From: a virus
Lineage: Duplodnaviria; Caudoviricetes
Reading direction: 5' to 3' (one strand)
Length of the DNA: 64,000 nucleotides
IMG/VR virus record: IMGVR_UViG_3300047160_014545
Coordinates: 17,625 to 81,624 of that record
The notes below the pieces were generated by a model. It was not told the origin of the DNA. It was given only the letters and a program-made list of their open reading frames with translations, and made no database searches. The position numbers and the translations under genes are program-made. Positions 9,585 through 18,321 of this stretch are shown in pieces (position 1 is the stretch's first letter; each line of letters begins with the position of its first letter).

Positions 9585-10853
9585 TTAATTGATGCGGCCG
9601 CCAGCCCAATGCTGGTCTAATTGCGCTTGCAAATCGGCCGGCGTCTGCGGGCGGTTCCGGGTTGCAGCGGGGATATTCTGGCGTCCGACTTGCTGGGCAG
9701 CGGTATTCAATGTCCGCTTCTGCATTGCCGCAGCTTTGAACACCACCCGCAACTGATCATTGGGCAAGCGCCCGCTGTCGAAATGCCCGGGCGAGCCCGA
9801 GGTCAGAACATCAATCGCCGCCCGCATTTCCGGACCCGAGGCATAAGCCCCGGTCAATGCCCGGCGGCGCAGATCAAACATCGCTCCGACGGTTTCTGCC
9901 GGTTTGGCATTGCGGTTAAACGCTGGCAGGCGGATCCCCGGATTGAGGATTTCGGCGAGCGCTACGGTTTCCTGATGAGCGTCGACAAACAGTGCACTGT
10001 CATGAGCTGTGCGGGCGCGGTCGCCGGTGCCTGGCGGCGCCTCAAATTCGAGCTCGCCCAGGATCTCGCGATTAGCCTCCATGGGTGCGGGCTCGGCATT
10101 GAAGGCGTCGTCAAACCGCTTGCGGTCGTCATCCATGCGGCGGCGGGCATCGTCGTCATAGCGGCGATAGCCGTCCTCTTCGTGCCGGCGCATGGCGTCA
10201 TCCATGCGCCGCCAGTCTTCCTCGAGGCGGCGATGGCGGTCTTCCTCCATACGCCCGCGAGCATCATCGAGGCGGCGACGAGCATCGCCTAGATGCCGTC
10301 GGGCGTCCTCTGCATGCCGGCGACGATCCTCCATGCGCCGATCGTCGTGCCGCCGGTCGTCATGCCGGCGCCGGTCATCGTGGCGGCGGTCTTCCATGTG
10401 CTTGCGCATGCGGTCGAGATGCCGTCTGCGGGCATCGTCCATGCGCTTGCCGCGGGCGTCATCGGCGCGGCGGTCCCGGGCGGCGTCTTCGTAACGCCGC
10501 CGGCGATCCTCGTAGCAGCGGTCGTACCAGTCGTCTTCCCCTTCGCCTTCGGCGCGCTGCTCGACCTCTTCGGCCTCGGCTTCGGCCAACACCTCAAGGT
10601 CGGCGCCCAATTCCTCGACCTGGCGCTCCAGCGCCTCCATTCGAGTTGCGACCTGTTCGCCTTCCTCCTGGTCCTTCTCGGCAGCCTCGGGCAAATGCAC
10701 GTGCACGTGCTGGTGCTCGCCCTCTTCGCCCTCTTCGGCTTCCTTCTCGATCTCCTCCAGCTCAGCCGCATCACGCGCGGCAAATGCTCGCCGAACCAAG
10801 TTCTGTAACTTGCCACGTGCGGCCATAGCGTTGCCCTTTCTTGACCTTCTCAA
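9585..10853 (-). CDS. Capsid scaffold-like protein with D/R-rich low-complexity repeats
   Basis: 422 aa, charged coiled coil, repeated DDARRR/DDRRH units; between protease and decoration genes. Confidence 0.65.
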   Translation of the reverse strand: MRRSRKGNAMAARGKLQNLVRRAFAARDAAELEEIEKEAEEGEEGEHQHVHVHLPEAAEKDQEEGEQVATRMEALERQVEELGADLEVLAEAEAEEVEQRAEGEGEDDWYDRCYEDRRRRYEDAARDRRADDARGKRMDDARRRHLDRMRKHMEDRRHDDRRRHDDRRHDDRRMEDRRRHAEDARRHLGDARRRLDDARGRMEEDRHRRLEEDWRRMDDAMRRHEEDGYRRYDDDARRRMDDDRKRFDDAFNAEPAPMEANREILGELEFEAPPGTGDRARTAHDSALFVDAHQETVALAEILNPGIRLPAFNRNAKPAETVGAMFDLRRRALTGAYASGPEMRAAIDVLTSGSPGHFDSGRLPNDQLRVVFKAAAMQKRTLNTAAQQVGRQNIPAATRNRPQTPADLQAQLDQHWAGGRIN

Positions 10854-10880
10854 CGAAACCGAAAAAATGAACCGCTTCTT

Positions 10881-11534
10881 TTACTTGGCGCGGTTCAGAC
10901 CAAGCTCCCCTGCAGAGAGGTGGAGATGAATATGTCTGATACGGCGGCGCTGTACTGCCGCAAGAATTACTGGCGGCATGTTATTGTCGTCATCGCCAAT
11001 TGAGCAGCGCGGGCCACAGCGGGCACTATCGACGAGCGCTATGTGATTGCCGACAATATTGGTCTGCGCATAATGGCCATCGCCCAATTTCTTGTAATCG
11101 GCACCGTATCCGCAGCTGACTTGCCGCTTGCCCTCCATAATCGCTTGAATGGCTTCCTCGTCCTGAATTACGAGGTCGGCAAACAGCAGCGAGTCTTCGA
11201 TGCCCTCGCCGCGGTGCACATGCTGGGCATTGCCCATGGCATAGCGCCGCCAGTTGCCGGGGTTGACATCCTCGCTAGGATGATCGTTGACGATCGGTGC
11301 GCCTTCGAACGAAGCAATCGTTTGCGGGCGGAACACCTCTTCGGGTTCGCGCTCAACCTTGATGTAGCCATTGGGCCCGGGCTCAATCGGCGGGTCATTC
11401 GGACCAGCGCGGATTTCGTTTGGCCCATAGATTTGCAACCCGGTACGAGCAATTGGCACATCAAAGCAGATCAATGCTCCCGATGCGGTGCGCGCCCGCT
11501 TTGGACCGAGTTGTGCGGTGGTGTAGAACTTCAT
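10881..11534 (-). CDS. DUF2213 capsid maturation protease
   Basis: DVPIARTGLQIY...FEGAPIVNDHP...VSCGYGADY...GNHIALVDSARCGPRCSIGD. Confidence 0.85.
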   Translation of the reverse strand: MKFYTTAQLGPKRARTASGALICFDVPIARTGLQIYGPNEIRAGPNDPPIEPGPNGYIKVEREPEEVFRPQTIASFEGAPIVNDHPSEDVNPGNWRRYAMGNAQHVHRGEGIEDSLLFADLVIQDEEAIQAIMEGKRQVSCGYGADYKKLGDGHYAQTNIVGNHIALVDSARCGPRCSIGDDDNNMPPVILAAVQRRRIRHIHLHLSAGELGLNRAK

Positions 11535-11827
11535 CTAGTAGATGCGGGTGCCGTGTTTGAAGTGTCGCGTTTGGTCAAAGTGCAAGTCTGGGTAATGCTC
11601 GGCAGCGTTGGTACATCGGTGGTCGCCGCATAAGCGCCGCCGACCTTGGCCGGGATAGCACTCGCTGGAATTGTTGCCGTGGTGGTTGCGGTGCCGCCCG
11701 TCGGATTGCCGTACACATAAACCGTTACACACGCATCGTTTGCTGTGAGAGTTAGAGGCCCATTCTGGCCAGGGGTGCAAGCAACTAAACTTGCTGCGAA
11801 CAGTAACGAGACTGCACGCAATTTCAT
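11531..11827 (-). CDS. Small lipoprotein
   Basis: Signal peptide with lipobox LVAC. Confidence 0.55.
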   Translation of the reverse strand: MKLRAVSLLFAASLVACTPGQNGPLTLTANDACVTVYVYGNPTGGTATTTATIPASAIPAKVGGAYAATTDVPTLPSITQTCTLTKRDTSNTAPASTR

Positions 11828-11845
11828 GTGCTACTCCATTTGAGG

Positions 11846-12820
11846 TTAGGCGAAGCCGGTAATTATCCCATTCACCACCGTGATAGTTTTGCCGACAAGA
11901 GTGGCTGAAGTTATGGTTCCCGAAAAACCGCTATAGGAGGGTCCGGTGGCACCCGTGGGCCCGCCTGCCCCGGTGGGGCCCGTGGCACCCGGTGTCGAGG
12001 TGGCTCCCGTCGGGCCCTGAACTCCGGTCGGTCCGGTGGCTGCTGCACCGGTAGCGCCGGTCGGACCCGTACCGAGCGCGCCGGTTGGCCCGGTGGCACC
12101 GACTGCTCCGGTTGGTCCAGCTCCGGTTGGGCCCGTAACTCCAGGCGTACCGTTCGCGCCAGTGCTTCCGGCGGCGCCTGTCGGACCGGTAGCCGCAGCA
12201 CCCGCGGCGCCGGCTGGCCCGGTGGCACCGGTCGGGCCTGGCCCTGTAGCCCCGGTGCTTCCAGCTGTCCCTGTCGGGCCTATACTTCCAGTTGCGCCCG
12301 TAACCCCGGGCACACCATTTGGCCCGGTCATTCCTGTGGGGCCGGTCGGTCCGCCGGATGGCCCCGTGTTGCCAATAGGCCCTGTGGGGCCCGTGGAAGC
12401 CGCTCCAGCGCCTCCAGTTGGTCCGGCGGTACCAGTGGGACCCGTCGCTCCTACCCCGCCTGTAGGGCCGCCGCTGGGCCCCGTTGCCCCGCCCGGGCCT
12501 GTGGGTCCAGCAGCGCCGGTCGGACCGCCTGAGGGACCAGTTGGTCCGGTTGAGCCTACCCCAGACCCGAGCGGGACCTGAATATCGAGCGTGCTTGCTC
12601 CCGATACGGTAATGCCGGCGATATAACCGTTCCCGCCGACCCCCATTTGGAGAACGCCGCCCGGCTGAACCGGCGTATCGGTTGTAACCGCTACAACCGA
12701 GGCGCTGCCCAGCCGGACATACCCGGTAACAGTGCCGTTATTGGCGACAAAGGCTGTGAGCCCACCACCCGTAGGAAGGGCGACGCGCGCAGAAACATTG
12801 GTGATCGCGAGCGTCGCCAT
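11846..12820 (-). CDS. Second collagen-like fibre protein
   Basis: About 210 aa of GPTG/GATG repeats; C-terminal [11 protein letters not shown]. Confidence 0.8.
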   Translation of the reverse strand: MATLAITNVSARVALPTGGGLTAFVANNGTVTGYVRLGSASVVAVTTDTPVQPGGVLQMGVGGNGYIAGITVSGASTLDIQVPLGSGVGSTGPTGPSGGPTGAAGPTGPGGATGPSGGPTGGVGATGPTGTAGPTGGAGAASTGPTGPIGNTGPSGGPTGPTGMTGPNGVPGVTGATGSIGPTGTAGSTGATGPGPTGATGPAGAAGAAATGPTGAAGSTGANGTPGVTGPTGAGPTGAVGATGPTGALGTGPTGATGAAATGPTGVQGPTGATSTPGATGPTGAGGPTGATGPSYSGFSGTITSATLVGKTITVVNGIITGFA

Positions 12821-12848
12821 GGACTACTTCCTCTTCAAGCGGACGGAA

Positions 12849-13331
12849 TTAGTCCAAAGAGCAATCGACGTGCCCGGTGGTCGTGCTGCCGCCCCCGGTG
12901 ATCACTGTCTTGCTCCGCCATTGGGCAGGCAATGGTATTCCGGCGCCGACATTGGTTGTGGTCGTGACACCCGGACCAACACTCAATGCCGTCGTTCCAT
13001 CAGTCGCGACAATGCTGGCTGAGGACAACAGCGACACATAGGTCGTCGCGAATTTGCCCTCGAGCGAAAACACTACAGTCGGCGAGCCGGTATGAGCGGT
13101 CTGGTTATAGACGCAAATTATCGTCGAGCCATAACCGCCCTGATCGGTCGAGGTAAACGTGCCGGGTGCGGCAGCGGTCAGCGTTTGCACACCGGTTATA
13201 GCGGTGCGTCGCTCTTGCGTACCTACTATACTCGAGGGCGGTGATTGAGCCAGCGCAAGCGCCGTCAAACCGCCAAGAAGCACAACAGCCGGCAGCAACG
13301 CCGTGAGAATGTGACGGCGCAGTTCTTTCAT
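12849..13331 (-). CDS. Hypothetical protein with N-terminal hydrophobic segment
   Basis: 160 aa; T/G-rich, beta-sandwich-like body. Confidence 0.55.
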   Translation of the reverse strand: MKELRRHILTALLPAVVLLGGLTALALAQSPPSSIVGTQERRTAITGVQTLTAAAPGTFTSTDQGGYGSTIICVYNQTAHTGSPTVVFSLEGKFATTYVSLLSSASIVATDGTTALSVGPGVTTTTNVGAGIPLPAQWRSKTVITGGGSTTTGHVDCSLD

Positions 13332-13347
13332 CGGATTTCTCCTTGGT

Positions 13348-14112
13348 TTACGCGGCCCGCCGTTCGGGCAAAATGTCAGGAATTACCGGCAGTGGTGTGC
13401 AGCGACAGTTTGGGAAATTGCCGGCGTGCCCCGTCATGTTGTCGAGGGTTGGGGGCTCATCCCAACGCACGAATTTCCCTTCCATGGTCCGATGGCTAGG
13501 CCTGACGCGCGCATCCCGCACCGTAAGCCAGCGATACCCAGCCGAGCCGACATATTCGGCGCGCGCCTGGGTTAGGCTGCTCGAGGTCCGTGCCACCTCG
13601 GTGCGCGCGATCAGTGTTGCGCGGTTGACGGTGATATCGCCGAGCCCGTGTATTTCGGGCACAAGTTCGGCTGCTCGCTTCCCGGCAAGCAAGCCCTCGA
13701 TGGTGAGCTCGTGCACCCGCTGCGCCGCTTCGAGCGGCAGCGAGGTAATCAGATCCACCTGCTCGTCGAGTATGTCGCGAAACAATTGGCCCGTCGGCGC
13801 GTTGGCTATTTCAAGCCGCAAAGCCCGGGACATTTGCTGCGCCATCGTCGCCCAGGCCTTGGCGTCGCGGCGCTCGACATCTTGCAGCATGCGCAACCCG
13901 GTGGTGCGCGCCCAAGGGCGGATCAGCTCTGCATATCGAACAAGAGCATTCTGGACCAAGCTGTCGAAGAGCGGATCCTCGAGCGAAAAGCCATTGAGGA
14001 TCTCAGCAACATGACGGGCAATCGCCCGCAGCCGTCGCGCGTATTCGGTATCGGCGCGGCGTACCTTGGCCCATGCCGAACGCTCGGCGCGGGTGTTCTG
14101 TTGTGCTGGCAA
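13348..14112 (-). CDS. MuF (phage Mu gpF-like) head morphogenesis protein
   Basis: ATLIARTEVAR...YRWLTVRDARVRPSH...FPNCRC. Confidence 0.9.
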   Translation of the reverse strand: MPAQQNTRAERSAWAKVRRADTEYARRLRAIARHVAEILNGFSLEDPLFDSLVQNALVRYAELIRPWARTTGLRMLQDVERRDAKAWATMAQQMSRALRLEIANAPTGQLFRDILDEQVDLITSLPLEAAQRVHELTIEGLLAGKRAAELVPEIHGLGDITVNRATLIARTEVARTSSSLTQARAEYVGSAGYRWLTVRDARVRPSHRTMEGKFVRWDEPPTLDNMTGHAGNFPNCRCTPLPVIPDILPERRAA

Positions 14113-14226
14113 AAGTTTAGATTATTTTCCGAATAGGAAAAAACCAAACACACACGCGAATAGAATTAGAACCAAGGCTGTCCAAAGTAATCCGCTGTTA
14201 CCGCCACGACCATGACCCATAAATTC

Positions 14227-14604
14227 CTACGGCAGAAATTCCCGCAAGCGCGGATCGGCGATCAGCTTTTCGACCGCGCATCTGATGGCTTCAGATAACA
14301 TTTCCGACTCGCCCGATTTGGTCAATTGCCGATTGTTGCGGGTAACGGTGACCGCCCACCCATGCATTGGCGGAACGCCAGGCTCTTCGGATGGCGTCTT
14401 CAGCTGATACACAAATACCGCGGTTGCATTGTCTGACAAGGTTCGTTCCTTCCAAAAATGTACTTGTCCAATCCATTTCCTCCAAAAAGAGCGGGGCCGG
14501 CATTTGGAAACATTGGGGAATGCCGACCCCAGTTTATGGGAGGAAACGACCCCGGGCGGCCTGGACAGCACCGACCGGGCCCCTTCACCGCAGATGTGAC
14601 CCAT
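14227..14604 (-). CDS. Hypothetical protein (start uncertain)
   Basis: The C-terminal 70 aa look protein-like; start is ambiguous. Confidence 0.35.
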   Translation of the reverse strand: MGHICGEGARSVLSRPPGVVSSHKLGSAFPNVSKCRPRSFWRKWIGQVHFWKERTLSDNATAVFVYQLKTPSEEPGVPPMHGWAVTVTRNNRQLTKSGESEMLSEAIRCAVEKLIADPRLREFLP

Positions 14605-14633
14605 CGCGGCAAAGCTCGTATTAGCCTATCATC

Positions 14634-14957
14634 CTATTTCGCATTTTCGATCTTCTTGTGAACTTCCGGACACGTTTCCAAGACGGTGATGAATTTCCCA
14701 TCTGTTGTTTGAACGGCACAGTTGGCCCCCACGGGCAGCAGCCGTTTGTGCTCGCGAGGCGCCCGGATGGCAACGACTGCCGAAGGGTTGATCTCGATAA
14801 TTTCGTGATCGAGACCGGTCAGGATTACGAGCTCATAAGCAAGTTGGTCGCGCGAGGACGAAGTGCAGGCGCTCAGACCCGACAGAAGCGCACCAACAAT
14901 TAAAATTGTTGCGTTGCGGCGTGGCGCAGCGGTGCGACGTAGCGTGATTCTCGTCCG
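14634..14957 (-). CDS. Lipoprotein-like ORF with no canonical start upstream of its signal peptide
   Basis: Hand translation ...RRTAAPRRNATILIVGALLSGLSACTSSSRDQLAYELVILTGLDHEIIEINP...CAVQTTDGKFITVLETCPEVHKKIENAK*; in frame directly after the TGA of 14958-15200. Confidence 0.55.
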   Translation of the reverse strand, partial: RTRITLRRTAAPRRNATILIVGALLSGLSACTSSSRDQLAYELVILTGLDHEIIEINPSAVVAIRAPREHKRLLPVGANCAVQTTDGKFITVLETCPEVHKKIENAK

Positions 14958-15200
14958 TCAGCATACGCAGAGGGAAGCGTTCATTTTCGCCGGAATTGTC
15001 ATCGTGACTTTGGCCGGTTCCCCGGATTGTTCCTGCTCGGCTGTCTCAAGCGTGACTGTCGTGGTCTTGGTGCTGCCACCTGCGGTATGCTCGTGCCCGC
15101 CACCCGTTTCTTCGCATACGCAGCCCTTGATGCTGCCGCAACCATTAATAGAAAGCATAGATAAGCCCATTACCAGAGCAATGAGACGCATCGTCTTCAT
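14958..15200 (-). CDS. Small lipoprotein
   Basis: MKTMRLIALVMGLSMLSINGC signal peptide/lipobox. Confidence 0.5.
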   Translation of the reverse strand: MKTMRLIALVMGLSMLSINGCGSIKGCVCEETGGGHEHTAGGSTKTTTVTLETAEQEQSGEPAKVTMTIPAKMNASLCVC

Positions 15201-15215
15201 GGGCAGATAATCCGT

Positions 15216-15425
15216 TTAAGCTGCCGATGGTTCGCGTTCTCTGATCGGTCGAAACTGTATTCCGTGATCCCCTTCGAATGGCTCGCTGTGGTCGTGACTG
15301 CCGCTGGCGATCTCGACCGGGATGCCGCCGAGCGTCAAATCTTTCTGTGCCGGGAACGCTTCACAGAAGGGCCAATTGCGGAGCCAACCGCACGAGAAAC
15401 ACACAGGGCTACCGCCCGCCATCAT
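15216..15425 (-). CDS. Small Cys-rich protein (CxxC...CEAFP...GIP...DH...GDHGIQF)
   Basis: 69 aa from an ATG overlapping the upstream TGA. Confidence 0.6.
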   Translation of the reverse strand: MMAGGSPVCFSCGWLRNWPFCEAFPAQKDLTLGGIPVEIASGSHDHSEPFEGDHGIQFRPIREREPSAA

Positions 15426-15646
15426 ACGAGGCCCACGTATTCCCAATAGGCCGAGTGATCGTAGCCGATAAATCGATACAGATAGCGTTTCACAACAATC
15501 TCTTTGGTTATCCGCGGGGTGGGGGTGTCTTTTGGGATCTCCCATTCAAGCGAGGGGAATTCGTGGAGCAGAAGTTCTCGGTATGGAGATGCATGAATTT
15601 CTCCATCGTGCGGCCCACCACGACACATTCCAGTGAAATCCTTCAT
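15422..15646 (-). CDS. Hypothetical protein
   Basis: 74 aa with a GGPHDG motif; RBS-like GGA upstream. Confidence 0.5.
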   Translation of the reverse strand: MKDFTGMCRGGPHDGEIHASPYRELLLHEFPSLEWEIPKDTPTPRITKEIVVKRYLYRFIGYDHSAYWEYVGLV

Positions 15647-15658
15647 TGGGCGCGCATG

Positions 15659-16420
15659 CTACCAATTCTTGCCGGTGTAGTGGTTGATTGCGGTTTGGGT
15701 ATTGGAACCCCACAAGCCGTCTACCGTACCAGCATCATAGCCCATCTGGTTCAGCGCGAATTGCAGCATCGCAATCGCGGGTTTGACGGTGTCCGGCCGA
15801 GGCGGCGGCAAGGTGCCCTTGGCAAGCCATTTGTTCAGGTCATCAATCGTGATCGGGGGCGCGAGCTGGTTGAGATCCGTCTGGTTGCCCGGACAGCCGG
15901 GAACCTGCCCGGTCTCGCTAGACTGCCAGATTGCCCAACACTCGCGCCAATCCGGGTTTGCCGTGGTGCCGTCCCACGGCTTCAGCTTGAGATTGTTCCA
16001 GCTGGTATATTCCGGAAACCAGCGCGGCCATTGGCCGATGCGCGCACTTGGTGCTGCCGGCGGATACAACCCGTAATAATTCATGCCCTGCCGGAGATAG
16101 CGCGCCTCGTAGGCGTCCATCCAACGTTCTACCGCCGCGGCAGGCACACCCTCCATTTCCCAATCAAGACAGAGCACCGTATCGCCGATTGAATCAAAAC
16201 ACGCCTGCATGTCGTCGGCACTGTCATCAGCATGCAGGTAGACGTAAGCCATCACCGGCATGCCGGCTGCCTGAGCGTTGGCGAGATTGACGGCAAACTG
16301 CGGGTCGGGCGAGGACCCCTCCCAGGCTTTGATGACGACAAACTGGATACCCGCCGCAGCCATTTTCGGCACATCGGGATAATCTTGATAGTGCGAATAG
16401 TCGACGCCGTTGACGGTCAT
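15659..16420 (-). CDS. Endolysin, GH25 muramidase with C-terminal peptidoglycan-binding domain
   Basis: GVDYSHYQ...VIKAWEG...LDWE; C-terminal LQFALNQMGYDAGTVDGLWGSNTQTAI. Confidence 0.9.
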   Translation of the reverse strand: MTVNGVDYSHYQDYPDVPKMAAAGIQFVVIKAWEGSSPDPQFAVNLANAQAAGMPVMAYVYLHADDSADDMQACFDSIGDTVLCLDWEMEGVPAAAVERWMDAYEARYLRQGMNYYGLYPPAAPSARIGQWPRWFPEYTSWNNLKLKPWDGTTANPDWRECWAIWQSSETGQVPGCPGNQTDLNQLAPPITIDDLNKWLAKGTLPPPRPDTVKPAIAMLQFALNQMGYDAGTVDGLWGSNTQTAINHYTGKNW

Positions 16421-16429
16421 CAGAAGGAT

Positions 16430-16639
16430 TCAATCCGGGGATCGCTCGGCTTCAAATTCACCTTGAACACACGCATATATCTGAAGCGCCGCCGCAACAT
16501 CGGCTACGCGGTTCTCGCGCGCGGCCGGTGGGCCGCCAAGCTTCGGCATGTACACCGCCAAGGCTCGCTTGATCTCATCCGTTGCCAGCCAGCGGGCTAT
16601 CGCCGCTATCTGTTCGGGCTCGGGTACGTAGCCGCTCAT
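16430..16639 (-). CDS. Hypothetical protein
   Basis: 69 aa, coupled start/stop. Confidence 0.45.
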   Translation of the reverse strand: MSGYVPEPEQIAAIARWLATDEIKRALAVYMPKLGGPPAARENRVADVAAALQIYACVQGEFEAERSPD

Positions 16640-16815
16640 CAGAAAGACTCGACCACTCGGTTGTGCGCGTCACAGATCTGCTTCAACAACACTTCGACGT
16701 CGTCGGCATTTTCAGGGGTCACCGCGAAATAAACGATGGTTGTGGCCGTCCCGCGCTCACCTTCCTCGATCAAGACGCCGAGGCCATCATCGGTTACTCG
16801 AACATGCCACAGCAT
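16639..16815 (-). CDS. Hypothetical protein (58 aa)
   Basis: Hand translation MLWHVRVTDDGLGVLIEEG...; TGATG overlaps at both ends. Confidence 0.5.
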   Translation of the reverse strand: MLWHVRVTDDGLGVLIEEGERGTATTIVYFAVTPENADDVEVLLKQICDAHNRVVESF

Positions 16816-17261
16816 CAGAGCGGATCCATTCCGGCATCGCTAGCGTCGGCGAGCCAGCTGTCGATCGCTTCACGAGTGGTGAGCTTGTCGACGCGCAAGC
16901 GCATCATGGCAAGCCAAGCACAGCTGTCGGCATCGATATGCGGATTGTTATCCCACACCGAAGAATCGATCCACTGACGAAAGTAGGCGCGCAAGGTGGC
17001 GATCTGCTCATCGCTCAGCAGTTCCTTATGTTGGAGGTAGGCCTCCATCGCGGGTCGCAACACTCCCGAGGTCTCGTACATCCAATAGCCAGGACCCTCT
17101 TGGCCTGGCGGAACTGTCCAGCGGAAATGGCCATCCACCGCTATTCCTGCGACGCCGTTGGCCAACATCATTTTACCTAAAATAGCTTTCCAGCAATCGG
17201 CTAAGGTCATCCACACCGGGTGCGCTCTTAGCGGTATCGTCGCCCCAGCGCAAGACGGCAA
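16815..17261 (-). CDS. Hypothetical protein (start uncertain)
   Basis: 148-aa ORF; core GPGYWMYETSGVLRPAMEAYL. Confidence 0.5.
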   Translation of the reverse strand: MPSCAGATIPLRAHPVWMTLADCWKAILGKMMLANGVAGIAVDGHFRWTVPPGQEGPGYWMYETSGVLRPAMEAYLQHKELLSDEQIATLRAYFRQWIDSSVWDNNPHIDADSCAWLAMMRLRVDKLTTREAIDSWLADASDAGMDPL

Positions 17262-17964
17262 ATGCCTCGGCCGCCCACTCGTCCTCGTTCACCAAAGCAT
17301 ATCTGGTAGGGAAGCGGTCGAGCCGTCTACATGTAGCCCATGCAGCGTTCTGAAGCTTTTCGAATGAGGGTCCGAATTCCTGGTCGGCCGCGATTTCGTG
17401 AGCCACGAAATGCCCGTACTCATGGCTGAATATGGATTTAATCGTGGTCATGCCACCATGAAAGCGCCGCGGGCCATCTCGATAATCGGTGAAATTGCCG
17501 GCAAAGAGCCGCGCCTCAAGCGCTTCCCGGCCTTCGCCGCTCTCACCAAAAGCTCGGCTATTGAGGTAAAGCGTGCCGTCAGGGTCCGCATCGCCAAACC
17601 AGCCGCTGCAATTCTGCTCGCCACCGGGCATGCGATCGGCGATCTCGATGCGCCTGATGCCCGAACGCAGCGGGAATTTCTCCTGCAGCTCGGCGAGCTC
17701 GTCGAGGACGTCGGTGCGCAACGAAGGGTGCAGCGCCTCGCCGGTAAATTCGATAAGGTCGGCATTCTCAGTCGGGGGCGCATCGCGAGCCGCGCGGCAA
17801 TTCGAGCATTCGCAGGCCGGCCCGCAATCGGTTGTTTGTGTCAGTATATTGTGTAACTCAGAGAGCGGTGGCGACGGATAAAAACGTAGCAAACGCGTTC
17901 TCGATACCGGACCGCGCCGCATCACGACATGGGCGCCACGGATATGGAGGTGCATCGCGGTCAC
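17173..17964 (-). CDS. Zincin-like metallopeptidase, possibly virion-packaged
   Basis: HEYGH zinc motif followed by TRYALVNEDEWAAEAF. Confidence 0.75.
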   Translation of the reverse strand: MTAMHLHIRGAHVVMRRGPVSRTRLLRFYPSPPLSELHNILTQTTDCGPACECSNCRAARDAPPTENADLIEFTGEALHPSLRTDVLDELAELQEKFPLRSGIRRIEIADRMPGGEQNCSGWFGDADPDGTLYLNSRAFGESGEGREALEARLFAGNFTDYRDGPRRFHGGMTTIKSIFSHEYGHFVAHEIAADQEFGPSFEKLQNAAWATCRRLDRFPTRYALVNEDEWAAEAFAVLRWGDDTAKSAPGVDDLSRLLESYFR

Positions 17965-18321
17965 AGAAGCGTCCCTATGGGCTCACGAGCGTTTCGGGAT
18001 TTAGCGACAATCGAATGCCGGCCCTCGCCCTCATAGAAACTCATTCGCTCACGAATATCGGAAATATATTCGGCTTCTTTCTCGACCAAGATTGCGTTGC
18101 GGCCCGTGGCCAGGGCGGCGATACCTGTTGTACCTGATCCAGCGAAGCAATCGAGCACCAAGCCATCCTTCGGCGTAACGAGCGGCACGAGCCATGCCGA
18201 AGCGGGCAAGTGTGCTTGTCAGATGATACGGCGGGTCAGTCACGATGCTGTCCACCACCACGCCCTCCGCGACAAGGCGCGGGATCACTTCGAGCATATC
18301 TCCGTGCTCGAGGCGAATCAT
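17961..18321 (-). pseudogene. N4/N6 DNA methyltransferase, internally deleted and frameshifted
   Basis: N-terminal GDMLEV...VTDPPY (18049-18321) and C-terminal WLVPLVTP...VLDCFAGSGTTG (17961-18209) lie in different frames and join within a few codons. Confidence 0.8.

Noticed and set aside
15278-16192. 304-aa plus-strand ORF (also 44027-44923 and 24501-25148)
   Set aside because: Antisense to well-supported genes, with no motifs.
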